A stretch of DNA of 64,000 bases from Candidatus Binatia bacterium (GCA_963666515.2 OY762897.2:448001-512000); one strand, 5' to 3'; positions 19,449-30,135 are shown, numbered from the stretch's first letter. Program-made: numbers and translations. Notes: generated by a model not told the origin, from the sequence alone.

Positions 19449-20984
19449 CTACTTGATCCTCATCTCCCAGGCGCGGATTCTCTCGTCGGAACGAGGCTTC
19501 CACTCGATGTTGCTGGCGGCGCCGTAGATGTCCGCCAGGACCCACAACGGCACCCACGGCGAGTCCTCTTTCAGGATGCGGCCCAACTGGTGCAGCAGCT
19601 TGAGACGCTTCTCGGGATCGGCCTCCGCCTGTTCCAGTGCCATGATCCTGTCGAACTCGGGATTGCTGTAGTCGATACGGACGCTCGCGCCGGTCTTGAA
19701 GTACTGCTCCTTGTGCGTGTGCGCGTCGACGACGCTGCCCCGGCTGATGTAGTAGAAGGGCATCTTGCCGCCGTTGACCCCGGTCTTGCCCCAGAACACT
19801 ACCCATTCCTGGCTGATCAGCTCGATGTTGAAACCGCCCTTCTTCATCTGCGCCGCGATGGCCTGGACCACCTCGGTGTCCTTGGGGTACCGTCCCGCGG
19901 AGTAGTACATCTTTACGTTGACGCCGTCCGGGTATCCCGCCTTGGCCAGAAGCTCACGGGACTTTTTGGGGTCGTAGGGATAGCGCTTGGCGTTGGGGTC
20001 GTGGCCGATGTGCTGCTTCCCCGCGGCCCCCTCCACCACGAAACCCAGGCCGTCGAAGATGTTCTTCACGATGGGGCCGGCGTCCACCGCATAGTTGGCC
20101 GCCTGCCGCACGAGCTTGTTGTCCCAGGGCTTGTACCCGGGGTTGAGGGCCAGGAAGTAGATGCGCCCGCCGGGCACCGTCTTGATGTTGATCCTGGGGT
20201 TCCTCTTCAGGCGCTCCACGTCGTGGGCCGGCACCGCGTTGACCACGTCAGCCTGTCCGGCCTCCAGGGCCGCGACCCGGGCGGCCTCCTCGGTGACCTT
20301 GCGCCACACCAGGGTCTTGACCTGCGGCTTCGGGGAGCCCCAGTAGGCGTCGTTGCGCTCCAGCACCAGGTCGCCGTCGCGCTTGAAGCTCTTGAACTTG
20401 TAGGGGCCGGTGCCGATGGGGTTCTTGTCCACGTCCTTGCCGTACTTCGCCGCGGCAGCCTTGCTCATGACGAAGCGGGTCTTGAGCTTGTCGAGGAACA
20501 CGACGTTGCGCGTGTCCGTCACCAGGACGATGGTGTGGTCGTCCACGACCCGCATCTCCACCAGCTCTCTCAGTTGCCGCCGCTGCAGGCTGTTCTTGTC
20601 CGTCTTGATGCGGTTGAACGAGAACTCGACGTCGTGCGCCGTCAGCGGCGTGCCGTCGTGGAACTTGATTCCCTTGCGCAGCTTGAACGTCCACTCCTTG
20701 CCCTTCAACTCCCAGGACTCCGCCAGCTTGGGCACGTAGGCCCCGCGCGCCTCGTCCACCTGCACCAGCGGCTCCATGATGTGCTCCCAGATGGAGTAGG
20801 CCGGGCCCAGGCTGTGGTTGTAGGGGTGGAGGGAATCGATGCTGCCGGCATGGTAGACCACCACGCGTTCCTTGGAGGCGGCCCAGGCGGAGCCGGCGAT
20901 GAGCATCCCCAGGAGGAACGCGGCGCCCGCCAGCACCCATACCCGTTTGAATGAACTCCTGCGAATACGCGTTTCATTTCTCAT
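19449..20984 (-). CDS. ABC transporter substrate-binding protein, family 5 (tandem paralog)
   Basis: AGGAGG RBS before ATG 20984; same length (1536 nt) as and highly similar to 17852..19387. Confidence 0.9.
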   Translation of the reverse strand: MRNETRIRRSSFKRVWVLAGAAFLLGMLIAGSAWAASKERVVVYHAGSIDSLHPYNHSLGPAYSIWEHIMEPLVQVDEARGAYVPKLAESWELKGKEWTFKLRKGIKFHDGTPLTAHDVEFSFNRIKTDKNSLQRRQLRELVEMRVVDDHTIVLVTDTRNVVFLDKLKTRFVMSKAAAAKYGKDVDKNPIGTGPYKFKSFKRDGDLVLERNDAYWGSPKPQVKTLVWRKVTEEAARVAALEAGQADVVNAVPAHDVERLKRNPRINIKTVPGGRIYFLALNPGYKPWDNKLVRQAANYAVDAGPIVKNIFDGLGFVVEGAAGKQHIGHDPNAKRYPYDPKKSRELLAKAGYPDGVNVKMYYSAGRYPKDTEVVQAIAAQMKKGGFNIELISQEWVVFWGKTGVNGGKMPFYYISRGSVVDAHTHKEQYFKTGASVRIDYSNPEFDRIMALEQAEADPEKRLKLLHQLGRILKEDSPWVPLWVLADIYGAASNIEWKPRSDERIRAWEMRIK

Positions 20985-21153
20985 GGGGAATTCCTCCTTT
21001 CGGAACGAGCCCTCCGTGACGGGCTGTCGTACCCGCGATACATAGGTAATTGTCATGTCGAAAGTCAACCCTGAAGTATCTGCAAACAGGGTGTCCTGTG
21101 CTGCTCCCTGTCCCGTCGTGACCGTGGCAAGAGGGTGCTGACGTCCCGGTCTC

Positions 21154-21250
21154 GTCATTCCGGCGAAAGCCGGAATCCAGGAGTGGTGGAGCAGGGGTCC
21201 ACGGGGTCGCCCCAGCCCCATCCCTGGATTCCGGCTTTCGCCGGAATGAC
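21154..21250. repeat. REP-like inverted pair (GTCATTCCGG family)
   Basis: GTCATTCCGGCGAAAGCCGGAATCCAGG ... CCTGGATTCCGGCTTTCGCCGGAATGAC, perfect arms. Confidence 0.9.
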
Positions 21251-21395
21251 GGCCTGACGGGCCGAGGCATATTGCATCGACCCGGCTGCGCTCAAAGGAC
21301 CCTGCCGGTTTGACGCCGGTACGCCAGAGCTATATTCGTAGGAACCTGTCTCACACGCATACTCCGAGGCAGGTTCCACAAGCGGAGGTATTCAA

Positions 21396-23039
21396 ATGGC
21401 CGGAAGTCATTTGCCCTATCCCGACACGGTGTTCTTCAACGGTAAGGTGCGCACGTTCGCGCCGGGTGCGCCCGTGGCCGAGGCGGTGGCCTGCTCCGGC
21501 GGGCGCATCGTCGCCGTCGGCGCCTCGGACGAAGTGCGGCGGCTCGGCGGCGCCGGCACCCGGGAGGTGGACCTCAAGGGCCTCACCGTGATCCCGGGGC
21601 TGACCGACGCCCACGTGCACCTGGCGGACAAGGGGCTGGCGGACATGCAGTTGGTGGACGTCCGCGACTTCTACGGCCCGGTAAACAACATCGACACCGT
21701 CCTCACTCGCCTGTCGAAGAAGGCAGCGGAGACTCCCGCGGGCGACTGGGTGGTGGCGCAGGGAAGTCCGATGCAGGACTTCCGCATGAAGGACAAGCGC
21801 TTCCCGGACCGTGTCGACCTCGATGCCGCGGTCCCCGAGCACCCGACGTCCGTCTCCTTCGGCGCCCACGTCACCGTGGCCAATTCCAGGGGCCTGACGC
21901 TCGCCGGCATCGACCGGGAAACGCCGGACCCGGCCGGCGGCGCCATCGAGCGGGACTCCGGCACCGGAGAGCCCACCGGCATCCTGCACGAGCGCGCCCA
22001 GCACATCGTGACGGGCGTGATCCCGGAGTTCGACGCCACGGCGCGCAAGCTGGGCATCGCTTTCGCCGTGCAGCAGGCCCTCGAACGGGGCGTGACCACC
22101 ATTCACGACATCGTCAAGGACCCGTCCGCGGTGCGCGCCTACCAGGAGCTCAGGGCCGAGGGCGGCCTGCACATGCGCTCGAGCCTCCTGCTGCGCGTCA
22201 TTGAGTCCGACATGAGCACGGACAGCGTGCTGGAGACCGGCCTCCAGACGGGCTTCGGCGACGAGTGGCTGCGGGTGGGCGGCGCGAAGATGAGCATCGA
22301 CGGCGGCATCACCGGCCGCAACGCGCTGTTCTACGAACCCTACGTCGACACGCCGGACTACAGCGGACTCATCCGCATCCAGCAGGACGAGCTGGACGAG
22401 ACCGTGCTGCGCTGCCACAGCGCCGGCCTCCGCTGCTGCGTGCACGCCATCGGCGACCGCGCCTTCGACATGTCGCTGGAGGCCTACGAGAAGGCGCTGG
22501 CCGCGTTGCCGCGGGTCGACCACCGCCACCGCATCGAGCACATGGGTAACTGGCTGATGACCCCCGAGCGCATCGAGCGCCTGGTGCGCATGGGCGTCCT
22601 GGCCATTCCCAACATCTCCCTGGGCTACTTCGTCGGCGATTCCATCCGCGCCGCCATCGGCGCCAAGCGCATGGAGCGGGCGTTCCCGCTCAAGACCCTG
22701 CTGGAATCGGGGGTGAAGATGGCAGGAGGTTCCGATGCGCCGGGGTACTGGCCGGTGGACCCGCTGCGCGACATCGGCGCCTACGTCTCGCGCCGCATGT
22801 TGTGGGGCGAGACCCTGGCGCCGGAGGAGGCCCTGAGCGTCCAGGATGCCTTCGACCTCCACACCATCCATGCCTCCTTCGCCGGCTTCGAGGAGGACCT
22901 CAAGGGCACGCTGGAGGTCGGCAAGCTGGCGGACATGGCGGTGCTGGCGGAGGATCCCTTCGAGGTCCCCGCAGAACGCATCAAGGACCTGAAGGTGGAG
23001 ATGACCGTGGTGGGAGGCGAGGTCAAGTACCGGGCCTGA
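21396..23039 (+). CDS. amidohydrolase family 3 (YtcJ-like)
   Basis: IPGLTDAHVH, VHAIGD, HRIEH, GSDAP, GKLADMAVL; GGAGG RBS. Confidence 0.9.
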   Translation: MAGSHLPYPDTVFFNGKVRTFAPGAPVAEAVACSGGRIVAVGASDEVRRLGGAGTREVDLKGLTVIPGLTDAHVHLADKGLADMQLVDVRDFYGPVNNIDTVLTRLSKKAAETPAGDWVVAQGSPMQDFRMKDKRFPDRVDLDAAVPEHPTSVSFGAHVTVANSRGLTLAGIDRETPDPAGGAIERDSGTGEPTGILHERAQHIVTGVIPEFDATARKLGIAFAVQQALERGVTTIHDIVKDPSAVRAYQELRAEGGLHMRSSLLLRVIESDMSTDSVLETGLQTGFGDEWLRVGGAKMSIDGGITGRNALFYEPYVDTPDYSGLIRIQQDELDETVLRCHSAGLRCCVHAIGDRAFDMSLEAYEKALAALPRVDHRHRIEHMGNWLMTPERIERLVRMGVLAIPNISLGYFVGDSIRAAIGAKRMERAFPLKTLLESGVKMAGGSDAPGYWPVDPLRDIGAYVSRRMLWGETLAPEEALSVQDAFDLHTIHASFAGFEEDLKGTLEVGKLADMAVLAEDPFEVPAERIKDLKVEMTVVGGEVKYRA

Positions 23040-25428
23040 TCCGGCCCAGGAGGATCTCGGTGTCGCCCCCAGGCAGTGAGTGCCTCGTGCCCTGCACCAA
23101 TACGTCCAGGGGCGCTTTGTTTCCGTCCAGTGCAATGCGCACACGCTCGTGCGTGAGGTCCAGAGTCACCCTGCGCCCGCGATAGACGATCGCCAGGCGC
23201 AGACCGGGCAGTTCGTCGGGCAGACACGGGTCGAGTCTCAGGGTCTCGCCCAACGTGTCGATGCCGGCGTAGCAGGTCAGCAGAAGGTCGTCGATGCCCC
23301 CGATGGCGCCCAGGTGGACGCCCTCGGGGGTGGTGCCGCCCTGGATGTCGGCGACGTCGCTTTGCAGCGCCTCCGTGAAGTAGCGCCACGAAGCGGGCGG
23401 GTCGGAGCGCGCCGACACCGCGGCGTGGACCACCCGGCTCAGGGTCGAGCCGTGGGAAGTGCGGGCCCTGTAGTAGTCCATGGTCTTGCGTATGGTTTCG
23501 TCATCGAGTTCGTATCCGAGCTGCCGGAAGATGACCCGCAGGTCGTCGACCCGCAGCAGGTAGAACAGCATCAGCACGTCCGCCTGTTTCGTGACCTGGT
23601 AGCGGTTGGCGGTGTCGCCTTCCGCCTCCAGGATGCGGTCCAGCCGGTCTATGTTGTCGTATTTCGCAAGGTAGGCGGCCCAGTCGAAGGGCTCCAGCTC
23701 GTCGTATCCTTCGAACTGGCTGATAATGCCGTCGCCGTGGAACGGCACGGTCATCTTGCGGGTCATTTCGCGCCACTTGCGCTCTTCTGCCGGCTCCAGG
23801 CCGATCTGTTCGGTGAGTTCGGCCTCCCGGGCTTCGTCGAGCAGGGACAGCACCTCGAAGGCGCGTTCCAGCAGCCAAGCCACCATCACGTTGGTGTAGG
23901 CGTTGTTGCGCAGGCCGCCGGTTTGTGCGCCGGGGTACGTGTCATGGTACTCGTCCGGACCCATGACGCCGTGGATCTCGTAACGTCCGGTGCTTTCGTT
24001 CCACTCCGCCAGACTGGCCCAGAAGCGGGCGATCTCCAGGATCATCTCGGCGCCGTAGCGGGACAGGAAGTCGCGGTCTCCGGTGGTCTTGTAGTAGCGC
24101 CAGACGTTGTAGACGACGGCGATGTTCACGTGCCGCTGGAGAAGGCTGTTGTCCACCAGCCAGCGTCCGGAGTTGGGGTTCAGATGAAGTTCCTGGCTCT
24201 CCTCGGTGCCTTCGCTGCCGCTTTGCCAGGGGTACATGGCGCCGTCATAGCCCTCCTTGCGGGCGGCCTTGCGGGCGGCCTCCAGGCGGCGGTAGCGGTA
24301 CAGCAGCATCGACCGCGCGACCTCCGGAAACCGCGCGATGTAGAAGAACAGGAAGTACATCTCGTCCCAGAAGACGTGGCCGCGGTAGGCCTCGCCGTGC
24401 AGGCCCCGCGCGCCCACCGCGGCATCGAGGTCGGTGGAGTTCGGGGATGCGCTCTGCATCAGGTGGAAGGCATGCAGGCGCAGGATCTTTTCCTCCTCCG
24501 GCCGCGACGGCAGGTCCACCTTGCAGCGGCGCCACAGGGAATGCCACGTCTTCGCATGGGACTCCAGCAACTCGACGAAAGGGCCGGACTCGGACACGGC
24601 CTTGCGGGCGGCGTGGCCGCATTCGGAGATGGCCCGGTCCCGGGACGAGTACAGGGCCACCGTCTTGTCCACCGTAACCGCGCGCTTCTCCGGTATGGTG
24701 ACGGTGATCTCCTGCCCAATGGCTTCCGGTTCCTCGAAGGTGCGGCATTCGACGTCCTGCAACGCCTCCCCGCGGAAGAGCCGCGTGCGCGCCGCCAGCC
24801 CCAGGCGCGTGCGCGACTGGTTGGTCTGGACTACCAGGTACACGCCGTCCTCTCCCACCTGCCCCTTCTCCAGGGTCTCCAGGTGCTTGGAATTGAGTTC
24901 CCGATAGCGCGCAACGCCGGCGTTGACGACCGCGCCGTTCAGGGAGGACTTGAGGGTGGCCCTTCCGGACCAGTTCTCCGCCAGCAGAGTCCACCGCATG
25001 ACCGCCAGGTGCGGTTGCTTCATGTGCACGAATCGCCGGCTCCGGATGTAGCTGATTCGTCCTTCGGGGTCACGAAAGCGCACGCGCCGCGACAGCAGGC
25101 CGTTCCTGAGGTCGAGACCCTGGTAGTACCGCAGGATTTCGACCGCCGAGAGGTCGAACCACGGACCGTCCTCCACGCGAAACTGGAGGCAGAGCCAGTT
25201 GGGCAGGTTGACGAGGTCCTCGTTGCCCACCACGCGTCCGCTGATCTCCGTCTCGAGGCGGTTGTAGCATCCCACCAGGTAGGTGCCGGGGTAGTGCACG
25301 TCGTCGGCGTCGGCCTCCTCGGCGGTGCCGCGGGTGGCGAAGTAGCCGTTGCCGAGGGTGCACAGGGTCTCTCGCAGGCCCTGTTTGGCCGGGTCGAAGC
25401 CGTTGTATGCGAAGATCCACTCACTCAT
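23023..25428 (-). CDS. glycoside hydrolase family 65 (trehalose/maltose/kojibiose phosphorylase-like)
   Basis: TLGNGYFATRG, ARGLHGEAYRGHVFWDE, MGPDEYH, NNAYTN, KQADVLML, HGSTLS. Confidence 0.92.
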   Translation of the reverse strand: MSEWIFAYNGFDPAKQGLRETLCTLGNGYFATRGTAEEADADDVHYPGTYLVGCYNRLETEISGRVVGNEDLVNLPNWLCLQFRVEDGPWFDLSAVEILRYYQGLDLRNGLLSRRVRFRDPEGRISYIRSRRFVHMKQPHLAVMRWTLLAENWSGRATLKSSLNGAVVNAGVARYRELNSKHLETLEKGQVGEDGVYLVVQTNQSRTRLGLAARTRLFRGEALQDVECRTFEEPEAIGQEITVTIPEKRAVTVDKTVALYSSRDRAISECGHAARKAVSESGPFVELLESHAKTWHSLWRRCKVDLPSRPEEEKILRLHAFHLMQSASPNSTDLDAAVGARGLHGEAYRGHVFWDEMYFLFFYIARFPEVARSMLLYRYRRLEAARKAARKEGYDGAMYPWQSGSEGTEESQELHLNPNSGRWLVDNSLLQRHVNIAVVYNVWRYYKTTGDRDFLSRYGAEMILEIARFWASLAEWNESTGRYEIHGVMGPDEYHDTYPGAQTGGLRNNAYTNVMVAWLLERAFEVLSLLDEAREAELTEQIGLEPAEERKWREMTRKMTVPFHGDGIISQFEGYDELEPFDWAAYLAKYDNIDRLDRILEAEGDTANRYQVTKQADVLMLFYLLRVDDLRVIFRQLGYELDDETIRKTMDYYRARTSHGSTLSRVVHAAVSARSDPPASWRYFTEALQSDVADIQGGTTPEGVHLGAIGGIDDLLLTCYAGIDTLGETLRLDPCLPDELPGLRLAIVYRGRRVTLDLTHERVRIALDGNKAPLDVLVQGTRHSLPGGDTEILLGRIRPGT

Positions 25429-25523
25429 GGTTCACGTTTCGGGTCTTTTCCAACCAACCCTGAAACTCTAACAGTCCTGAAACCGCGCGCCAATACCCCA
25501 GGGGACGGGAGGCGCAACAGGCG

Positions 25524-26645
25524 TTACCGGGCGCCGGCCCGAATGGTGTGGCGGGCGGCGATGCGTCGTCCGGTGGTGCGGCGGTTGCCGACGCTGTCCT
25601 CAAGGGCGGTCTCCTCGTCCACCACCTCCAGCACGGCCACGTCGGCCTCACGGCCCACCTCGAGGACGCCGAGCCGATCTTCCCAGCCGATGGCGCGGGC
25701 GGCGTTGATGGTGCAGTCGGCGACGATCTCGTCCAGGTCCAGTCCCAGCATCAGGAACTTGGTCAGCGTGGTGGGCAGGTCCACCACGGGACCGGCGCCG
25801 CTCATTCGGTGGAGATCGGTGCTGATGATGTCGGGGCGAAGCCCCTGGTCCATGGCCCGGGCCACCAGGTCGAAGTCGAAGTGCCCGTTGGCGTGGGCGA
25901 CGTCGAAGATGACCCCGCGCCGCTGCGCCTCCAGGACCGCCGGGCGCAGGCGGCCATCGGGGTCCACGATGGCCGGCTGTTTCGGCGTGTAGCAGTGGGT
26001 GACGATGTCCCCCGGGCGCAGCGTCTCGACGATCTCCTCCATGGGGATGCCGGTGTCGCCCACGTGCACCATCACCGGCGAGTCGCTGGCCTCTCCGGCC
26101 TGCACCGCCATGCCAAGGGCCTGGCGGCCGTGTTCTCCCACGGACTTCACGTGCAACCGGATCTTGATGCCTACCGCGACGTCCGGATTTTCCCGCACCG
26201 TGCGCGCGGCGCCATCGGGGTCGGCGAAGCCGATGTTCTCCAGCTCTCCCGGGACGTTCAGCACGCCGTGCTGCGCCACCGCCACGAACGCCAGCATGCG
26301 GGTGCGCGCCCGCTCGTACACCAAGTGCCGGAACCCCGTGAAGTTCACCGGGCCGGCCGAGCCCGCGTCCGCGGTGGTGGTGACGCCGCTGGCGCCGCAC
26401 GCGGCGTCGAGATCGGTGCCGTAAGGGTTGACGCCCCAGTAGCTGTGCACGTGGAAGTCGATGAGCCCCGGGGTCACGAAGCAGCCGCTCACGTCGAGGA
26501 CCTCTCTGGCGCCGTCCCGCGGGAGGTCCTTCCCCATGGCGGCGACGCGGCCGCCCGCGATGCCCACTTCGAGTTCCTGCCGCGGCCCGACGGCCGGGTT
26601 GATCACGGTCCCGTTGACGAGAAGCAGGTCGAACGCATCGCTCAC
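25524..26645 (-). CDS. dihydroorotase-like amidohydrolase/deacetylase
   Basis: AAGGAG RBS before GTG 26645; PGLIDFHVH, GVTTTADAGSAG, VGIKIR, THCY, ISTDLH. Confidence 0.85.
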   Translation of the reverse strand: MSDAFDLLLVNGTVINPAVGPRQELEVGIAGGRVAAMGKDLPRDGAREVLDVSGCFVTPGLIDFHVHSYWGVNPYGTDLDAACGASGVTTTADAGSAGPVNFTGFRHLVYERARTRMLAFVAVAQHGVLNVPGELENIGFADPDGAARTVRENPDVAVGIKIRLHVKSVGEHGRQALGMAVQAGEASDSPVMVHVGDTGIPMEEIVETLRPGDIVTHCYTPKQPAIVDPDGRLRPAVLEAQRRGVIFDVAHANGHFDFDLVARAMDQGLRPDIISTDLHRMSGAGPVVDLPTTLTKFLMLGLDLDEIVADCTINAARAIGWEDRLGVLEVGREADVAVLEVVDEETALEDSVGNRRTTGRRIAARHTIRAGAR

Positions 26646-26718
26646 GGAGGATCTCCTTTCAAGCCGGTTCACGTCCCGCGCCGGTCGATCGGAACGGCGT
26701 CCTTCGGCTTCGCCATGT

Positions 26719-27744
26719 TCAGGACAGTCCGTAGAACCGCGTGGGGTTCTCGTGCAGGATCTTGTCGATGACCCCCGGCGGCACCTCGCCCTTCTCGCGC
26801 AGGCCCCTGAGCGCCAGCAGTTCGCTGGCGTTGTCGGCGTGGCCGTAGTCTGAGCCGATCATGATCATGTCCTCGCCCGCGTGCTGGAGCACGTAGGGCA
26901 GGTCGTCGTCCGTCTGGCAGGCGACGTAGAGGCGGTTGGCCGCGAGCAGGTCCTCGTCGGGTTCCACGCCGGCCTTGCGTTGCCGTAGCGTGATGTCCCG
27001 CACGACGTGCGGGACCCACTGGGCCGCCACCTCGATGGCGCCGATGCGCAGGCCGGGGAACCGCTCCGGAATGCCGCGCATGACCATGGCGTGGACCGCG
27101 CCGATGACCGTGAGCTTGGCGGTGCGGAACGGGTCGTTGCCGAAGGCTTCGGAGACCGCGGCGTTGCCGATGCCCGAGTGGATGCCGATGGGCACGTCGA
27201 GACGGGCGGCTTCCTCGTAGAGCGGGAAGAAATAGGGGTGGTGGAGCGGATGATGCGTCTCCAGGCCCCGCATGAACACGGCGCAGGCGCCGTGCTCCGT
27301 GGCCCAGCGCAGCTCCTCCAGCGACTCGTCCATGCTCAGCAGCGGCAACTGCGCCGCCCAGCGCAGCCGCCCCTTGCCCGCGGCCCAGATGTCCGCAAGC
27401 CAGCGGTTGTAGGAACGGCACAGCGCGAGTTCCACGTCCGAGCGGTCCGTGACCGGCCGCAGGAACAGGGTGGGGTAGAGCACCTGGACATCCGTGCCGA
27501 TCGCGTCCATGTGCTTCAGGCGCGCATCGATGTCGGCCATGTCGCGGGACTCTTTGGGGGTGTCCAGGCCGATGTTGTCGCGCCCGCCGATGAGCTTGCC
27601 GTTGATGACCCAGAAGTTGCGCGTGCCGCCCTCGGGCACGTCCACGGTCACGGGCACCGGGCGGAAGCGCTTGTCCCGTCCCTCCAGGTAGTCCCAGGTA
27701 TGCTCCGTCTCGATGACGTGGGCGTCGGCGTCGATGGCCAGCAT
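26719..27744 (-). CDS. amidohydrolase family 2 (decarboxylase/hydratase-type)
   Basis: IDADAHV, DVQVLYPT, YNRWLAD, IGIH, GSDYGH, ILHENP; GGAGGT RBS. Confidence 0.9.
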   Translation of the reverse strand: MLAIDADAHVIETEHTWDYLEGRDKRFRPVPVTVDVPEGGTRNFWVINGKLIGGRDNIGLDTPKESRDMADIDARLKHMDAIGTDVQVLYPTLFLRPVTDRSDVELALCRSYNRWLADIWAAGKGRLRWAAQLPLLSMDESLEELRWATEHGACAVFMRGLETHHPLHHPYFFPLYEEAARLDVPIGIHSGIGNAAVSEAFGNDPFRTAKLTVIGAVHAMVMRGIPERFPGLRIGAIEVAAQWVPHVVRDITLRQRKAGVEPDEDLLAANRLYVACQTDDDLPYVLQHAGEDMIMIGSDYGHADNASELLALRGLREKGEVPPGVIDKILHENPTRFYGLS

Positions 27745-27786
27745 GTTCTCACCTCCAGTCGGATTCGGGGAAGGACGCAAGGGAAC

Positions 27787-28914
27787 CTATGCTCGCAACT
27801 GCTTGGCGAACCAGTCCACGATGAAGCTGCGCCGGTCGAAGCGCTTCTCGTGGTGCCCCACGCCGTCCAGCAACTCCCGCGGGGCGTTGACGGCGTTCTC
27901 GTACAGCCGGACGGCGCCGCGCGGGTCCATGACCCGGTCGTCGTGGTTGTAGCCCACCAGCAGCGGGCACTCGATCTTCTGCGCCCGGCCCACCAGCGTG
28001 AACTCCTTGATGCGTTCCCGGGCTTCCTTGAGGTCTGCCGCGCCCATGAGCCAGCGCAGCCGGTCCTGGATGGGAGGGTAGTAGTCGAAGATGTCGTCCA
28101 CCAGGTGGTAGGCGCCGCTCCACACGGCCACCGCCTTGATGCGCTTCTCCTCGGTGGCGCAACGGGGTCCGGAGTAGCCGCCCATGCTGGAGCCGTGCAG
28201 GCCGATGCGGTCGGGGTCCACGTCCGGGCGCGTCACCAGGTAGTCGATGACGGCCTTGGCCACCCGTTCCGAGTCCGGCGGCGCGTAGAGTTTCTTCTCC
28301 CGGAGCGTGGCGCCGTGTCCCGGCCCGTCCACGTCGATGAAGGACATGCCCCGCCGCACGTACTGGCCGGCGTCGCCGTCCAGCCCCCGCAGCAGGATGC
28401 CGTCGGCGCCGCCGTAGTTGTAGACGGTGGGCCGGCGGGTCCCGGCCTTGCCCCGGGCGGGATAGAACAGCGCGTCCAGCACGTGTCCCTCGTAGGGGAT
28501 CTCCACCCGCTCGAAAGGCGGCCTCACCAGGCCCCAGGCCTTGTCGAAGGTCTCCTTGAGCTTGTGGTGGCTCTGCATCATGCGCGGGTCGCTGTCCGGC
28601 ATGTACACCAGCGCCCGCCGGTAGAACTCGGCCGCCCGCCGGTAGAAGTCGTGGGCGGTGACGTTGCGGCCCTCGTCCTCGAATCCCGCGGCCAGGGCCT
28701 CGTTCTTCTCCGCCATGCGGGTCCATTCGGCGTGCCAGCTATCCAGGTTGTACGGCTTGTAGCGGCCGGCCACCTCGCGTACGTCGGGATCCGGATGCAG
28801 GAGCGGCGCCTCCATGCGCACCTCGAGCTGACCCCCGCCCGGCAGGCCCGGTCCCGGAAAAAGGCGCTTCTCCACGTCTTCGCCGGCCAGGGGTCTGTCA
28901 GGAGATTCCTTCAT
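27787..28914 (-). CDS. alpha/beta hydrolase (2,6-dihydroxypseudooxynicotine hydrolase/FrsA-like)
   Basis: ERVEIPYEG, GGADG, DGPGHG, GSSMGGY; start MKESPD after GGAGA RBS. Confidence 0.8.
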   Translation of the reverse strand: MKESPDRPLAGEDVEKRLFPGPGLPGGGQLEVRMEAPLLHPDPDVREVAGRYKPYNLDSWHAEWTRMAEKNEALAAGFEDEGRNVTAHDFYRRAAEFYRRALVYMPDSDPRMMQSHHKLKETFDKAWGLVRPPFERVEIPYEGHVLDALFYPARGKAGTRRPTVYNYGGADGILLRGLDGDAGQYVRRGMSFIDVDGPGHGATLREKKLYAPPDSERVAKAVIDYLVTRPDVDPDRIGLHGSSMGGYSGPRCATEEKRIKAVAVWSGAYHLVDDIFDYYPPIQDRLRWLMGAADLKEARERIKEFTLVGRAQKIECPLLVGYNHDDRVMDPRGAVRLYENAVNAPRELLDGVGHHEKRFDRRSFIVDWFAKQLRA

Positions 28915-28958
28915 TCGATCTCTCCGTGAATGGCGGAACAGTCTCCCGGGAGCGTCCC

Positions 28959-30050
28959 TTAGATGCCGTAGAACGCCCTGGGGTTGTCCTGGGTGATCTT
29001 CTTCACCGCTTCGTGGGAGATGTCGCCCTTGTCGGCGCGCTGCTTGAGGAGGCCCAGGAAGTCCATCTCCTGGGCGGAGTCGTTGTGCGTGTAGTCCGAG
29101 CCGACCAGGAGGTTTTCGTCTCCGGTGTGCTGCATTACGTAGTCCAGGTCCTCGTCCACCTGGAACGACACGTACATGCGGTTCCGTTGCAGGATGTCCT
29201 CCGGCATCTCCTCGATCTCCATGGTGGAGCGCAGCACGCTGGTGGGCCTTTCCAGGTTCTTCTCCAGCCGGCGGCGGATCTCGTAGAGCACGAAGGGCAC
29301 CCAGGAGGCGGTGGCCTCGATGAAGCCGAAGCGCAGTTCCGGGAAGCGGTCCGGCACGCCGTGCACGATCAGGGACTGGAACGCGTGCACCACCGGCAGC
29401 AGGATGCGGTAGAAGCGGCTGAAGGTGAACTCGCGCGCGGGGGTGAAATCGGGCACGCCCGATCCCGTGTGGAAGCAGATGGGCATGTCGAGCTTCTGCG
29501 CTTCCTCGTACAGCGGGAAGAAGTAGGGGTCGTTGGCCCACACGCCGGCTTCCCGGTCGCCCTTCTTGAGCACGCCGCAGGCGCCGTGCTCCTTGGCGAA
29601 GCGCAACTCATCCAGGGCCGCGTCCATGTTCAGGGTGGGCGGCAGCATGACGTAGCGCAGCCGTCCCCCGGACTCCGCCCAGCGCTCGGCCATCCAGCGG
29701 TTGTAGCTGCGCCGGAGCGCCAGCTCCACCTCCGGCTTGTCGGTGAACTCCACCAGGAACAGGGTGGGGTACATGACCTGGAAGTCCACGCCCATGCGGT
29801 CCATGTCCTCCAGCCGCTGCTTCACGTCCTTCAGTTCGCGCGCGCCCTCTGTGGTGTGGGTCTCCTCGTCCGTGCGCACGAAGCGGATCTGCCGCCTGCC
29901 GTCGATCATCCAGTAGCGCATGGTGGCGTTGCTGGCGTCCTGGCCCTTTGGAAAAGCGGTGGCGGGCCTGAGGGCCTCGTCGCCGTCGCGCATGAAGGCC
30001 CAGGTATCCTCGGTCTCGTCCACGTGGGTGTCGGCATCGATGACTGCCAT
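28959..30050 (-). CDS. amidohydrolase family 2
   Basis: IDADTHVDE, QVMYPT, YNRWMA, CFHTG, GSDYTH, DNPRAFY. Confidence 0.9.
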   Translation of the reverse strand: MAVIDADTHVDETEDTWAFMRDGDEALRPATAFPKGQDASNATMRYWMIDGRRQIRFVRTDEETHTTEGARELKDVKQRLEDMDRMGVDFQVMYPTLFLVEFTDKPEVELALRRSYNRWMAERWAESGGRLRYVMLPPTLNMDAALDELRFAKEHGACGVLKKGDREAGVWANDPYFFPLYEEAQKLDMPICFHTGSGVPDFTPAREFTFSRFYRILLPVVHAFQSLIVHGVPDRFPELRFGFIEATASWVPFVLYEIRRRLEKNLERPTSVLRSTMEIEEMPEDILQRNRMYVSFQVDEDLDYVMQHTGDENLLVGSDYTHNDSAQEMDFLGLLKQRADKGDISHEAVKKITQDNPRAFYGI

Positions 30051-30135
30051 GGCGTCCTCCGGATTGGGGGATAATAGCTGTGGATTAGCAAAACCCGGCT
30101 GGCTTGCCTAGCAGACGGGCAGGGCGAAAGGCGGT

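Noticed and set aside
23023-23039. Convergent gene overlaps (17 nt here, 4 nt at 47025-47028) as antisense regulation
   Set aside because: Short 3' overlaps are common and nothing else supports a regulatory role.
26669-26716. 15-aa minus-strand ORF MAKPKDAVPIDRRGT between two amidohydrolases
   Set aside because: Too short, with no clear RBS or other support.
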